A DNA stretch of 64,000 nucleotides from positions 868,001-932,000 of the forward strand of contig JASTWF010000070.1 in NCBI GenBank assembly GCA_030390025.1, written 5' to 3'. The notes below the pieces were generated by a model. The model searched no databases, was not told the origin of the DNA, and worked only from the letters and a program-made list of their open reading frames with translations. Both the position numbers and the translations under genes were made by a program. Source of the DNA: Squalus acanthias (lineage: Eukaryota). How positions within the stretch are numbered: the stretch's first letter is position 1; each line of letters opens with the position of its first letter. Shown in pieces: positions 63,344 to 64,000 of the stretch.

Positions 63344-63861
63344 GTAAGTAAGTTCATTGAACCTGTTGCAATAATATACAGGAACTTGGTGATTTCTGGG
63401 ATGGGTGCAATGCGCCACATGCGGGATATTTCATGCGGTTGGCATTGAGCAGGTCATAGTCCAGATCATCTTAATCTGCAGCGAATCCCACTCGTTGCTC
63501 CAACTGGAAACAGAACATATCCTGCAGCCCTCTTCCCATCTGATAATAGAAAGGATAGGTTAATGTTCCGTGTATAATGCTTCACCAGACTTTACTGCGG
63601 ATTTCCAGCAGTTTAAGGTTCTATTTCAGATTTCCAGCTTTTTGCTATTTTCTATTCTTTTTATGTCTACATTGAGTCCATGTCCGCTTCCCCCACAAAC
63701 CCCCGCCCCCTCCCATCCGGCAGAGAAACTGTTTTTAATATATTAGCACAGATATTATTATGAAGATTCAGAAATAAGACGACAAACAGAATAGTTTCAC
63801 AGATAAGATAAAATATGTTTATATTGTAAGTCGTCGAAGAAGGAATCAGTTTGGAGTGAAT

Positions 63862-64000
63862 ATGTTTGTGTGTGTGTGAGTGTGTGTGTGAGTGTGAGAA
63901 TGTGTGTGTGTGCGTGTGAGTGGGTGAGTGTGAATATGTGTGTGTGTCAGTGTGAGTGTGACTGAGTGTTTGTGTGTGTGTGAGTGTTTGTGTGTGAGTG
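63862..64000. repeat. (GT/GA)n microsatellite
   Basis: Seen directly. Confidence 0.9.

Noticed and set aside
63344-64000. Candidate final (ITIM) exon of receptor copy 2
   Set aside because: The AG sites tested give immediate stops or no YxxL/V; the last exon is probably outside the window.

Overview
This is eukaryotic, repeat-rich DNA from a cartilaginous fish (shark-type CR1/L2 LINEs, SINEs and Harbinger remnants) containing an immunoglobulin-superfamily locus. (1) Three minus-strand, germline-joined Ig light-chain clusters (octamer promoter, leader, fused VJ, C) resemble shark type I/sigma-cart (NS5-like) chains. Only the middle cluster (25344-29293) is fully intact. The third has Cys->TGA in C. 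The first has a 1-bp deletion in C, and its C exon is fused mid-exon to the transmembrane exon of another gene. (2) That other gene survives as a minus-strand TM exon, a cytoplasmic exon and a final exon encoding TLYAHL (ITIM/ITSM-like). In the original C frame the fusion reads leader-VJ-half C-TM-tyrosine-motif tail, i.e. an antibody light chain turned into a membrane receptor. (3) Two plus-strand copies, about 59.1 kb apart, of a non-rearranging leader-VJ-C1-TM-cytoplasmic receptor gene. Copy 1 has a TM lysine and a truncated tail; copy 2 has a neutral TM and a longer multi-exon tail. This is the pattern of paired activating/inhibitory receptors with antigen-receptor-like architecture. Also present: a full-length decayed CR1, nested CR1s, a SINE-bounded ~2.07 kb tandem duplication, ZNF143-type upstream promoters and a 131-N gap. 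Exon structures were read by eye from splice signals and reading-frame phase; no searches were run.
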